From: Candidatus Sericytochromatia bacterium
GTDB taxonomy: Bacteria; Cyanobacteriota; Sericytochromatia; S15B-MN24; UBA4093
NCBI GenBank assembly: GCA_036676495.1
Contig: JAKFCT010000010.1
Location: 1 to 64,000, forward strand
DNA length: 64,000 bases
Reading direction: 5' to 3'
In this document: piece after piece, positions 28,452 through 37,497 of the stretch
Layout: every line of letters starts with the position of its first letter
Numbering within the stretch: the first letter of the stretch is position 1
Notes under the pieces: generated by a model
What the model saw: the letters and a program-made list of their open reading frames with translations, nothing else
What the model was told of the DNA's origin: nothing
Databases searched by the model: none
Translations under genes and position numbers: made by a program

Positions 28452-29803
28452 TCCCCCGCCTCCAGAAGCAGGGAGGAGGCCTCAATGCCGCCCAGGTGGT
28501 GGTCCTGAGCTTCCTCTTCTTCATCACGCTGGGCACCTTGATCTTGCGGCTGCCCTTCGCGCACCAGAGCGGCAGCTCGAACTGGCTCGACGACCTCTTC
28601 ATGGCGACCTCGGCCATCTGCGTGACCGGGCTCGTCTCGGTGGACCCCGGCACGACCTACACCCTCTTCGGTCAAGTCGTCCTCCTCCTGCTGGTCCAGA
28701 TCGGGGGCCTGGGCTACATGACCCTGCTCACCTTGAGCCTGGTCATGGTGAGGCAGCGCATCTCGCTGCGCGATCGCCTCAACTTCCAGGTCGCCACGGA
28801 GGTTCCCGGCATGGGGGGCCTGGCGGGATTCATCCTCAACATCGCCCGCTTCACCCTCGTGATCGAGGGCATCGGCTTCCTGCTCTTCAGCATGGTGACG
28901 GTCCCCGAGTTCGGCCTCGGGCGCGGGCTCTACCAGAGTGCCTTCCACGCGGTCATGGCCTTCAATAACGCGGGCTTCTCACCCTTCGCCGAAGGGGCCA
29001 TGCGCTGGCAGGGCCAGCCTTTCGCCTTGCTCGTCCTCATGACCCTGGTCGTCATCGGGGGGCTGGGCTACCCGGTCAACCAGGAGCTGGTCAGACGAAT
29101 CTCCCAGCGAAAGCGGCGCCATCAGCTGGATACCCTGGTCACGGTGGTCCTCGTCACCACGGCCATCATGCTCGTGATCCCCACCCTGCTGATCGTCCTC
29201 TTCGAGCGGGGCAACCCCGAGACGCTCGGCGCCTTAACCCCGCCGCTGCAATGGGTGAACGCGCTCTTCATGGCGGTGCAGCCCCGCAGCTCGGGCTTCA
29301 ACTCCTTCCCGGTCGACGCCATGACCGATCCGAGCCTCCTGATGATCATGGGCCTGATGTTCATCGGCGGCGCGCCCGGAGGCACCGCCGGCGGCATCAA
29401 GATCACCACGGCGGTCGTGCTCGTGGCCGCCGTCGCGGCGGCCGTCCGGGGCCGGACCGACGCCAACCTGCTCGGCATGAAGCGGCGCGTGAGCGACGCG
29501 GTCGTGCGCAAGGCGCTCGCGGTGCTGGTCCTCTCCATCGGCTGGCTCTTCATCGTGACCATGCTGCTCCTGCTCGTCGAGCCACTGCCCCTTCAGCCCC
29601 TCCTCTTCGAGGCCATCTCGGCCATTGGAACGGTCGGGCTCTCGCTGGGCGTCACCCCGACCCTCACGGATGCCGGCAAGCTGATCGTCGCCCTGGCCAT
29701 GCTGGTCGGCCGCGTCGGGGTGATCATGATCATGCTCTCGCTGTTCACCACCCGGCAGACGTCCGCGATCCGCTACCCCGAGGAGCCCATGATCGTCGGC
29801 TGA
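28448..29803 (+). CDS. ktrB: KtrB/TrkH potassium uptake membrane subunit
   Basis: SAICVTGL, QIGGLG, FNNAGF, PRSSGF, GTAGGIK, GTVGLS. Confidence 0.92.
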   Translation: MIPRLQKQGGGLNAAQVVVLSFLFFITLGTLILRLPFAHQSGSSNWLDDLFMATSAICVTGLVSVDPGTTYTLFGQVVLLLLVQIGGLGYMTLLTLSLVMVRQRISLRDRLNFQVATEVPGMGGLAGFILNIARFTLVIEGIGFLLFSMVTVPEFGLGRGLYQSAFHAVMAFNNAGFSPFAEGAMRWQGQPFALLVLMTLVVIGGLGYPVNQELVRRISQRKRRHQLDTLVTVVLVTTAIMLVIPTLLIVLFERGNPETLGALTPPLQWVNALFMAVQPRSSGFNSFPVDAMTDPSLLMIMGLMFIGGAPGGTAGGIKITTAVVLVAAVAAAVRGRTDANLLGMKRRVSDAVVRKALAVLVLSIGWLFIVTMLLLLVEPLPLQPLLFEAISAIGTVGLSLGVTPTLTDAGKLIVALAMLVGRVGVIMIMLSLFTTRQTSAIRYPEEPMIVG

Positions 29804-29810
29804 CGCCGCA

Positions 29811-30203
29811 TCACCGCTCCCGCCGCCCGGGGCCGCGCCGCTCCGGCGGCTCCGCACTGCTGAAGGTCGGCTCCCGGTGCAGCACGAAACGGCTCACCAG
29901 CGAGAACGCCAGGACGATCGTCCCGACCATCACGTCATTGAACGCATGCGCGGTATTGCCCGCGTACCCCAGGGCCCACGGGGAGACGATCACCCAGATT
30001 CCCAGGAGGGCGGTGAGCCAATCCGCCCAATCCCCCACACCCCTGCCGAACGTCCTGAAGGCGGCCAGGAGGGCGATCGCCGCCCCCGCGAAAACGTCGC
30101 TCCCCAGTTCGCGGCCGGAGCCATAACCGAAGAAGAACGGCGACAGGATCAACCAAAGGCCCAGCAGGACGTTCGTGCCGGATTCCCATTTGAAATCTTC
30201 CAT
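29811..30203 (-). CDS. SPW-repeat membrane protein
   Basis: LGLWLILSPFFFGY and LGIWVIVSPWALGY repeats. Confidence 0.85.
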   Translation of the reverse strand: MEDFKWESGTNVLLGLWLILSPFFFGYGSGRELGSDVFAGAAIALLAAFRTFGRGVGDWADWLTALLGIWVIVSPWALGYAGNTAHAFNDVMVGTIVLAFSLVSRFVLHREPTFSSAEPPERRGPGRRER

Positions 30204-30267
30204 GACGCCCTCCTTTCGGCCTCAGCATAGCCATGGGTTCCCGCCCATGCAACGCAGAAGCCGGGAT

Positions 30268-31359
30268 TCAATAGGGAGGGGCCAGGTACAGGTCCGCAGG
30301 CTCGTCGAGACCGTTCACCATGGGCAAGAGGTTGAGGACCTGACGCCTCCAATCGTAGGCCAGGATCCGAGAGCGGCCCCCCTTTGCGCGCAGCTCCAGG
30401 TAAAAGACGTCCTCGACGCCCGCCAGGAAGCGCACCGTCCGGAACGTGCCCTCCCCGCGACTCTGGTTGAGCACGGGCAAGGGGTCCACGTTTCCCGATT
30501 CGCGGTCGAGCAGCAGCAACTGCCCACCTGAAAGCAAGGCGATATACCGCCCGCTCGGGCTGAGCGCAGCCGCCTGGACGGGCGGCAGATCGAAAAGCAG
30601 CGAGAGCTGAAAGAGACGGAACGTGGCGAGATCGTAGAGGTAGAGCCGGCCATCCACGGGCGGGGGAAAGCCGCAGGTCGAGAGCAGCTCGGGCCCCTTC
30701 ACCGCGGTGATCCAGCGTCCGAAGGGCGCGATGGACAGATCCACCAGGAGGCCCGGCTCCTGATCCAGCTCGGCCAGGATCGTCTCCTCGTCGAAAGGCT
30801 CATCCGCGGCCTTGACGATGAGCGAGATGCGCTGCGGAGGCGGAAACTCGGTCACGTCGAGGTGGACGAAGAGGCGGCCGTCCGCCGTCCCCGCACTCCG
30901 GAAGAAATCATCCTCCGAGAGGCGAATGCGCAGGCGCCGGATGGGATCGAGGACGAAAGCGCCGAAGCCCTCCAGGTCGGGAACGGTAAAGCCGCTTCCC
31001 TCCGGACACTCGATGACGCCCCCGGAATTGTAGAGGATCCGCCCTTCCCCGCGGCGCTCGAAGTAGAAGGGGTTCAGGATCGGCCCACCGGTCACCGCCT
31101 CCGGGATCTCGACGATCTCTTGGACGAGCGTATCGTAGAGGAAGAGCCTATCGACCCCATGCAGGCGCTTCACGAAGGGAAGCAGCGGCCTCGGAAGCGG
31201 CAGGGGGCTCGACGGAGCCTCTGGCGACGGGTCGGGGGTCGGGTCGGGGGACGCGTCCGGCGACGGTCTCGGACTCGCCTCCGGCATGGCGCGTTGGCCC
31301 GCCTCGAAGCATCCGCTGATTCCCACGGCCAAGGCCAGCGCCAGCGTCACTCCCCGCAT
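30268..31359 (-). CDS. Hypothetical lipoprotein (Pro-rich linker, likely beta-propeller)
   Basis: ISGC lipobox; repeated LFLYD/LYLYD/ILAYD and SPSGRYI segments. Confidence 0.65.
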   Translation of the reverse strand: MRGVTLALALAVGISGCFEAGQRAMPEASPRPSPDASPDPTPDPSPEAPSSPLPLPRPLLPFVKRLHGVDRLFLYDTLVQEIVEIPEAVTGGPILNPFYFERRGEGRILYNSGGVIECPEGSGFTVPDLEGFGAFVLDPIRRLRIRLSEDDFFRSAGTADGRLFVHLDVTEFPPPQRISLIVKAADEPFDEETILAELDQEPGLLVDLSIAPFGRWITAVKGPELLSTCGFPPPVDGRLYLYDLATFRLFQLSLLFDLPPVQAAALSPSGRYIALLSGGQLLLLDRESGNVDPLPVLNQSRGEGTFRTVRFLAGVEDVFYLELRAKGGRSRILAYDWRRQVLNLLPMVNGLDEPADLYLAPPY

Positions 31360-31471
31360 GTCCCCTCCCGCCTCTTCGTCGTTCCGGGGCCCTCAGCCGA
31401 GAGGGGACCGTACCGGAACGGGCATGATAACGCCCGAGATTCGAGGGAGCAAGGATGAGGCGCAGGTCCGC

Positions 31472-33193
31472 TCAGGGCCTGACGGGACGGCCATGGCGCT
31501 CGAGCAATTGGGCGGGTTTCAAGGTGTTGAGGACATCCTGCGGCTCCAGCCATGCCCTCCGAGCGATCGCCACCGCCATGCGCATCCCCTCCAGCCCCTC
31601 CACCGCGTGCGCATCCGAGCTCAGCACGATCGTCCCGCCCAGCGCCCTGGCCCGGTGCGCCGCCTCCGAGGAAAGATCCATACGCTCGCTGCCGTTGATC
31701 TCCAGGGCCTTGCCCAGGCTCGCGGCGGCCTGGAGCACGCGTTCGAGATCGACCGGATACTCGGCTCTGCGCCCCACGATCCGGCCCGTCGGATGGTTCA
31801 AGGTGGCGACATGAGGGTTCTCGAGCGCCCCGATGAGGCGGCGGGTCAGCATATCGCTCGATTGCCGGGTGGAGGTATGCAGCGAGGCGCCGACCCAGTC
31901 GAAGCGCTCCAGCACGGAGTCGGGAAAGTCCAGCGCGCCCGACGCCCGGATCTCGAGTTCCAGGCCGCGCAGGATCCGGAAGGGCGCCAGCTCGCGGTTC
32001 AGCTCCCGGATCTCCCGCCATTGCCGCTCGGCTTTCTCCTCGGTCAGCCCCTGCGCCACCCCCAAGCCATAGGAGTGATCCGTGATCACCATGTAGGCGT
32101 AACCCCGCTCCATGGCGGCCAGGGCCATGTCCCGCAAGGAATCTCGGCCGTCGGAGTAGGTGCTGTGAACGTGGAAGTCGCCCAAGACGTCCGGGAGCGT
32201 GATCAGCCGGGGCAGGCGATGCGCCGCCGCGAGCGCGAGTTCTCCGGCATGTTCCCGGAGTTCCGGGGGAATCCAGTCCATGCCCATGGCGGCGTAGACC
32301 TCGGCCTCGCTCGCGCCGGCCAGACGCTTTCCCTTGGGATCGAAAAGGCCATACTCGTTGAGCTTCCAGCCCCTGGCGAGGGCCAAGTCCCGCAGCGCGA
32401 TGTTATGGGCCTTCGAGCCGGTGAAGTAAAGCAGGGCCGCCCCCCAGGCCTCCCGCGGCACGATCCGCACGTCGACCTGGAACTGGTCGCGCGTCAGGAA
32501 TGTGATCTTGCTCTCCCCGTGCGCCACGACTTCTCGCGTCAGGGGGAGGGCCCGCACGGCCCGGAGCACCCGTGCGGGATCGTCGGAAGCGACCAGGAGA
32601 TCGACGTCTCCCACCGTCTCTCTGCGCCTGCGGATGCTCCCGGCCGGCTCCACCTGACCTTCCCCCAATGTCTGGCGCAGCGCCTGGGCCACCCGCTCGG
32701 CGAGCGGCCAAGCCACGCTCAAGGGCAGGCGCACGCTTCGCGCCTCCAGGCGCTCCAGCTCATGCAGGATGTTCTGCTCGGTCTTCTCGCCCATCCCCGG
32801 CACGCCCCGGATGCGTTGCTCCCGAGCCGCCTGGGCGAGCTCCGCCAGGCTGCTGATCTTCAGGGCTTCGTAGAGAAGATGGGCCTTGCGGGGGCCAATC
32901 CCGGGCACCCGGAGCAGGTCGAAGACTCCCGCCGGGATCGCTCCGATCTGCTCCTCGAGGTAGGGGCTATATCCCTTGTCCAGGTACTCGGCGATGCGCG
33001 CGGAGATCGAGGCGCCGACCCCGGGGATCTCACCCAGACGCCCTTCCGCATGGAGGGTGGAGACGTCCTCGTCGAGCAAGGCGACGTTTCGCGACGCCTC
33101 CTGGTAGGCCCGAACCCGGAACCCGGACTCTCCCTTCAGCTCCAGGGACGCGGCGATGTCTTCCAGCATGCGGGCGACGTCCGCGTTGCGCAT
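31472..33193 (-). CDS. polX: DNA polymerase X with PHP domain
   Basis: FRVRAY, HhH motifs, GSIRR..TVGDVD, YFTGSKAHN, DFHVHSTYSDG, TDHS, SSDAH. Confidence 0.95.
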   Translation of the reverse strand: MRNADVARMLEDIAASLELKGESGFRVRAYQEASRNVALLDEDVSTLHAEGRLGEIPGVGASISARIAEYLDKGYSPYLEEQIGAIPAGVFDLLRVPGIGPRKAHLLYEALKISSLAELAQAAREQRIRGVPGMGEKTEQNILHELERLEARSVRLPLSVAWPLAERVAQALRQTLGEGQVEPAGSIRRRRETVGDVDLLVASDDPARVLRAVRALPLTREVVAHGESKITFLTRDQFQVDVRIVPREAWGAALLYFTGSKAHNIALRDLALARGWKLNEYGLFDPKGKRLAGASEAEVYAAMGMDWIPPELREHAGELALAAAHRLPRLITLPDVLGDFHVHSTYSDGRDSLRDMALAAMERGYAYMVITDHSYGLGVAQGLTEEKAERQWREIRELNRELAPFRILRGLELEIRASGALDFPDSVLERFDWVGASLHTSTRQSSDMLTRRLIGALENPHVATLNHPTGRIVGRRAEYPVDLERVLQAAASLGKALEINGSERMDLSSEAAHRARALGGTIVLSSDAHAVEGLEGMRMAVAIARRAWLEPQDVLNTLKPAQLLERHGRPVRP

Positions 33194-33266
33194 GGCGTTC
33201 CCTCCCTCCGGATCATCCTCTCCCATCCCGTCGAGGAAGACAACGGCCCTTCCCTCGCCCATGTTT

Positions 33267-33280
33267 CGAACCTATGTTCG
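33267..33280. promoter_or_regulatory. LexA (SOS) box, Gram-positive/cyanobacterial type
   Basis: Perfect CGAAC-ctat-GTTCG between divergent polX and the 33323 ORF. Confidence 0.75.
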
Positions 33281-33322
33281 ATGGGTATGGATTCGGCAGC
33301 CCTGTCGAGAAAGAGGAGTCCC

Positions 33323-33595
33323 GTGGAACTCAAAACCGCCCTTTCGAACTTCCAGAAGGATCGTTACGTCTCGTCGATGATGCGCGAGGAGCTCGAGACG
33401 GTCATGCAGGCCCTGGAGCAACTCAAGACGCCTCCGGTCCCGCTCGCGACGATCGAGGAGAAGCTGAGCGAGGCACTCGCCCTGTTGAAAGGAGATCGTG
33501 CGCCAGCCAACTCCAAAAGTCGTCCCAAAAGTCGCAACGCTCACTCCCGCGGAGCTGGTGAGGCGGCTCCCGTGGCGGCGAAAGCCAAGTCCTAG
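33323..33595 (+). CDS. Hypothetical helical protein (90 aa)
   Basis: GAGGAG RBS + GTG; coiled-coil-like N-terminus, basic tail. Confidence 0.65.
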   Translation: MELKTALSNFQKDRYVSSMMREELETVMQALEQLKTPPVPLATIEEKLSEALALLKGDRAPANSKSRPKSRNAHSRGAGEAAPVAAKAKS

Positions 33596-33797
33596 CCTCC
33601 TGGCGACCAGCGGCGCGCGCTGCGGGGAGTGCCGCTACCTTCACGTGAGCCCCGCGACCGTCGAAGGGCGCAAGCCCATCGGGACCGATTTCGATCTGCC
33701 GTGCCACGTCTTCGGGCAGCGGGCCGAGTTCCGGGCCTGTGAGGCCTTCGAGCGCCGCCGCAAGGGAGACCTTTCGGCCTCGGAGCACGCGGGCTAA
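33498..33797 (+). CDS. Small four-Cys protein (CxxC..C..C)
   Basis: RCGECRY...PCHVF...ACEAF; AGGAG just before GTG; overlaps previous ORF by 98 bp. Confidence 0.55.
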   Translation: MRQPTPKVVPKVATLTPAELVRRLPWRRKPSPSLLATSGARCGECRYLHVSPATVEGRKPIGTDFDLPCHVFGQRAEFRACEAFERRRKGDLSASEHAG

Positions 33798-33832
33798 CCC
33801 CGTGGAGGCGGGCCACATGGCGGCGAACCTTC

Positions 33833-35737
33833 CTACGGCTCGCCCAGGAAGCGTCCCATGTCGCCGAGGCTTTCCAGCAAGGGAGCGTCCGGCAGGCTCT
33901 CCCGGATCCGGTCACGGTAGCGTCGGGTCGTGGCGCGGGGATCCAGGATGGCGATGACGCCACGGTCGGATGCCCGGCGGATCAGACGGCCGGTCCCTTG
34001 GCGCAGCTTCAGGAGCATCTGAGGCAGCAGGACGGCCTCGAACGGGTCGTCGCCGCATGCGATCGCCTGCGCGCGCTCGGCCTCCAGCACGGGATCGGAG
34101 GGCGGGAACGGAAGCTTGACGACCACGACGCAGGAGAGGGGATCTCCCGGCACGTCGATCCCTTCCCAGTAAGCCGTCCCCAGCAGGACGGAAGGCCCTT
34201 CCTCCCGAAAGCGGTTGAGCAAGTCTGCCGACGGACGCTCCTGATAAAGGATCGGGAAGCCCCCCCAGGCCTTGAGGTGCCTGGCCGCTTCAGCGGCGCG
34301 CCGACGCGCGGTATAGAGCAGCAAGGCGCGGCCCCGGCTCGCCTCCAAAAGGGCCTCGAGCCTCCGGATTGCCGCGGCGTAGAAGGCATCGGCGTCCGCG
34401 CTGGGATCGGGAAGGTCACTCGGCATGTAGAGCCGCGTCTGCCGCGCGAGATCGAACGGAGTGCCGACGGAGCAGGTCAAGGGGTTCTCGAGGCCCAGCG
34501 CGCGCTCGAGGTAGCTGAAGTCCCCTCCTACGGAAAGCGTCGCCGAGGTGAGCACGACGGGGGCCTCGCGGCCGAAAAGCCGCGCCTGGAAAAGCGAAGC
34601 GAGGTCGCGCGGAGCAGAGACCAACCGCTGGGCCTGCCGGCGCCGGGGCTCGCCCTCCACCCAGGAGAGATGATCGGCAGGACGCACGATGCCGTGAAGC
34701 GGGGCCATGGCCCGTTCGAGGCGCGCCAGGGCGGTTTCACGGGCCGGCGTTTCCGGCATGCCGCCCAGGAGTTCCTGGGCGGCGATCGCCGTGTCGAGAA
34801 GGCGCTCGCTGAGGGCAATCAGGCCCTCGTCGCAGCGGATCGCGAAGCGGGTGGTCTCTTCGGAGACTCTCCAGTCGATTTGAGGGGGAAGGGCGTCGAG
34901 GAAGCGCTCCGCCAGGGCCATGAGCGCGGGGCCCGTGGGATCCCGGCGCGAGAGCTGGCGCGCGGCGGCCTGCGCGGCGGCCGCGACCTCTGCCAGTTCG
35001 GTCTGATGCCCCAGCACGTCGCGGGCCGCGTCGATCACGGCGTGGGCCTCATCCAGGACGATCGCTCCCGGCAAGGCGAAGAGGTGGCCGCCGCTGGCTC
35101 TCAGGGCCATGTCCGCGAAGAACTGGTGGTGGTTGGTGACGAGGACTCCGCTGGCGTGCTGCCAGCTTTGGCGTTCGGCGAAGCTGGGGCAGGTTTCGGG
35201 GCGCGTGCAGCGGCGGGCGCAAGGGCCTTGCGCGCTCCAGTTGAGAGCTTGCCAGAGGGTTTCGGGGACGGGCGGGGCTTCGGCGCGATCGCCCGTCCGG
35301 GTCCGGCGGGCCCAGGAAACGAGGGGCTGCAGTTCGGCGGGCGGCCTCCCGGGGTCGGGAGCGCGCTGGAGCAAGGCCGAGAGCCTGGCGGGGCAGAGGT
35401 AATGCTCCCGGCCCTTGGCCAGCCGGAACGGAAACGATTCTCCCAGCAGCGTCTCGACCATGGGAAGGTCCTTGCCGATGAGTTGCTCCTGGAGCGGGAT
35501 CGTCCGGGTGGCGACCAGCAACGGCAAACCCTTGCGGCGGAGCTGGGCCACGCCTGGAATCAAGTAGGCATAGGATTTTCCGGTTCCCACGCCGGCCTCG
35601 GCCAAGAGGTGGCGGCCCTGGGTCATGGCCGTCATGACGTAGTTGGCCATGGCCCGCTGCTCCTCACGGGGCGCGAGGCCGCAGCGCGGGAAGTTTCGGT
35701 CGAAGATCTCCTGAAGCCAGGTGTTGTCGTAGGTCAT
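33833..35737 (-). CDS. dinG: DinG/XPD-family helicase
   Basis: Q motif REEQ, AGVGTGKS, KGREHYLC with Cys cluster, DEAH, LTSATL, WEGIDVPG, QGTGRLIR. Confidence 0.93.
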   Translation of the reverse strand: MTYDNTWLQEIFDRNFPRCGLAPREEQRAMANYVMTAMTQGRHLLAEAGVGTGKSYAYLIPGVAQLRRKGLPLLVATRTIPLQEQLIGKDLPMVETLLGESFPFRLAKGREHYLCPARLSALLQRAPDPGRPPAELQPLVSWARRTRTGDRAEAPPVPETLWQALNWSAQGPCARRCTRPETCPSFAERQSWQHASGVLVTNHHQFFADMALRASGGHLFALPGAIVLDEAHAVIDAARDVLGHQTELAEVAAAAQAAARQLSRRDPTGPALMALAERFLDALPPQIDWRVSEETTRFAIRCDEGLIALSERLLDTAIAAQELLGGMPETPARETALARLERAMAPLHGIVRPADHLSWVEGEPRRRQAQRLVSAPRDLASLFQARLFGREAPVVLTSATLSVGGDFSYLERALGLENPLTCSVGTPFDLARQTRLYMPSDLPDPSADADAFYAAAIRRLEALLEASRGRALLLYTARRRAAEAARHLKAWGGFPILYQERPSADLLNRFREEGPSVLLGTAYWEGIDVPGDPLSCVVVVKLPFPPSDPVLEAERAQAIACGDDPFEAVLLPQMLLKLRQGTGRLIRRASDRGVIAILDPRATTRRYRDRIRESLPDAPLLESLGDMGRFLGEP

Positions 35738-35906
35738 CAGCCCCTCCCAGGGCCTCCCTCCGGAGCCCTATCCGAGCGACGGATCCCCTGCAATGAGCGA
35801 TTGACAGCTTTGTTAACAGATGTTAACATTGACACAAATTTCTCCATGCCTCAACTCAAAACAAATCGGTCTCATAGCAACGAACGTACGAGAGAAAGCA
35901 GGGCTC

Positions 35907-36044
35907 ATGCACGCTCCGATCTACCGTTGTCACACCTGCTGGGTGGAAATGTGGATCATCGGCCGGTCCCACCGGCTCCACTGCCCCCGCTGCCATGTCG
36001 AGCTGACGGGCCCTTCGACAGAGCCGAGTGTCTGCGCGGGCTAG
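35907..36044 (+). CDS. Small zinc-ribbon protein (45 aa)
   Basis: YRCHTC-x14-CPRC. Confidence 0.55.
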   Translation: MHAPIYRCHTCWVEMWIIGRSHRLHCPRCHVELTGPSTEPSVCAG

Positions 36045-36066
36045 CGGTGATCGCGAGGAGAGGCTC

Positions 36067-36483
36067 ATGAGACGTCCATTGCGGATCCTGGTGGTCGATG
36101 GGGATCCCGAGGCCCGGGCGCAAGCCGAGAACGGGCTTACCGCCATGGGCCTCCAGGTCACCGGCTGCCCGGACGAACAGCAAGCCCTGAGCCTCTGCTT
36201 CGGGGAGCCGTTCGATGCGGTCATCGTGGACCTCGCGGCCCTCGGGATCGGCGGGATTCGCTTGATCCGCCGTTTGCGCGAGCACGTGGCGTACAAGAGC
36301 CTACCCATCATTGGCTTGGCCAAGAGCGAGGCCGCCACGGTTCCTTTGGGCTCGGGCCTGGACCTCGTGATCGAAGCCGCCGAGGACGCCCGCACGCTAT
36401 CCCAGGCCATTCACCGCCTCCGCCAGCAGCGCGGTTTCCTCGCCTCCTCGGAGGCCTCCCCGATGAGCCGCCACTGGTCCTGA
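36067..36483 (+). CDS. Single-domain atypical response regulator
   Basis: ILVVDGD, FDAVIVDL, LPIIGL; conserved Thr/Ser and Lys-Pro absent. Confidence 0.75.
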   Translation: MRRPLRILVVDGDPEARAQAENGLTAMGLQVTGCPDEQQALSLCFGEPFDAVIVDLAALGIGGIRLIRRLREHVAYKSLPIIGLAKSEAATVPLGSGLDLVIEAAEDARTLSQAIHRLRQQRGFLASSEASPMSRHWS

Positions 36484-36557
36484 TCCGGCTTGCAAGCCGT
36501 GAGGGCCTCCGAATTCCGCCTTGGCACCCGCGCGAGCGAGCGCCGATCCCCAGACCG

Positions 36558-37394
36558 CTACCAGAAGTCGGCCTTCTTGCCCTCCCAAGGGGCGTCCTCC
36601 TGACAGGAAGGACAGAAGTAGCTTTTCTGGCCGTCGAGATGAAGGACGGAGATGCCTTCTCCCGAGGGACAACCCCGATCGTTGCCCCGGCGCGGCATCA
36701 GGTACCCCCTCCGGTCCAGCTCTTGCATGTCTCCGTTGAGCTCGGCGACGGCCTTGAGGATCTTCTGCATCTTGTCATAGAGGCGCTCCCAGTCCGCCCG
36801 CAGGAGCGTGCTCACCGGGCGATCGGGGCGAACGCGCCCCTGGAAGCAGATCTCGTCGGCCAGGGCCGGATCCAGGCCTGCGATCCGGTGCTGGCTCAAG
36901 AGGGCGATCCACAGGGGAGTCGACGGCTCGATCTTCTCGCTGAGGGCCTTGCGGAAGTCCATGTAGGTCATCTCCCGGGGGTCGGGCCCCAGGCCCTGAA
37001 GCGGCTCCATGGCCCGCTCGTCGGTGGTCGGGAAGAAGTAAAGGAGATCGTTCATGGAGGGGACCCGCAGATCCATGGAATGCCCGTCGTCGAAGTGCAC
37101 GATCAGCCGGGCGTCCGTCGGATGATCCGTGGCGGGGGACGGGACGCAGGCGAGGTCGGCGTCCGCGTACATCGAGACGATCAGGGTCTGGCCGCGATCG
37201 GTCTGGAGCAAGAGGAATTTCCCCTTGCGCAGGACCTGCGTGAAGCGCGCCCGGGCCAAGGCGTCCTGAAGGGCATGGGGATCGGTTCCCCGCAGCAGCT
37301 TCTCGTCACGGACCTCCACGCGCATGATCGTTCCGTTGAGGCAGGTCCGCTCGAGGTCACGCTTCCGGGCCTCGATGGCGATGAGATCGGACAT
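36558..37394 (-). CDS. Fpg/Nei-family glycosylase-like protein
   Basis: RKGKFL, LGPDP, LLSQ..IAGL...ADEICF..RVRP (H2TH), SYFCPSCQ. Confidence 0.85.
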   Translation of the reverse strand: MSDLIAIEARKRDLERTCLNGTIMRVEVRDEKLLRGTDPHALQDALARARFTQVLRKGKFLLLQTDRGQTLIVSMYADADLACVPSPATDHPTDARLIVHFDDGHSMDLRVPSMNDLLYFFPTTDERAMEPLQGLGPDPREMTYMDFRKALSEKIEPSTPLWIALLSQHRIAGLDPALADEICFQGRVRPDRPVSTLLRADWERLYDKMQKILKAVAELNGDMQELDRRGYLMPRRGNDRGCPSGEGISVLHLDGQKSYFCPSCQEDAPWEGKKADFW

Positions 37395-37497
37395 TTGCTT
37401 CCCCCTTTCCGCTGACCCGAAACGATGTTAACGTTCGTAACGTAGCGCATCGAAAGCCGCGCAGCAAGGCGCCAAGAAGGCGAAGGGGGAGGAAGCG

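Noticed and set aside
31286-33322. 769-aa plus-strand ORF
   Set aside because: Antisense shadow of polX; only the part from 33323 has an RBS and looks coding.
33833-35737. CasDinG / type IV CRISPR
   Set aside because: No csf/cas genes or array; an ordinary chromosomal DinG with a Cys cluster.
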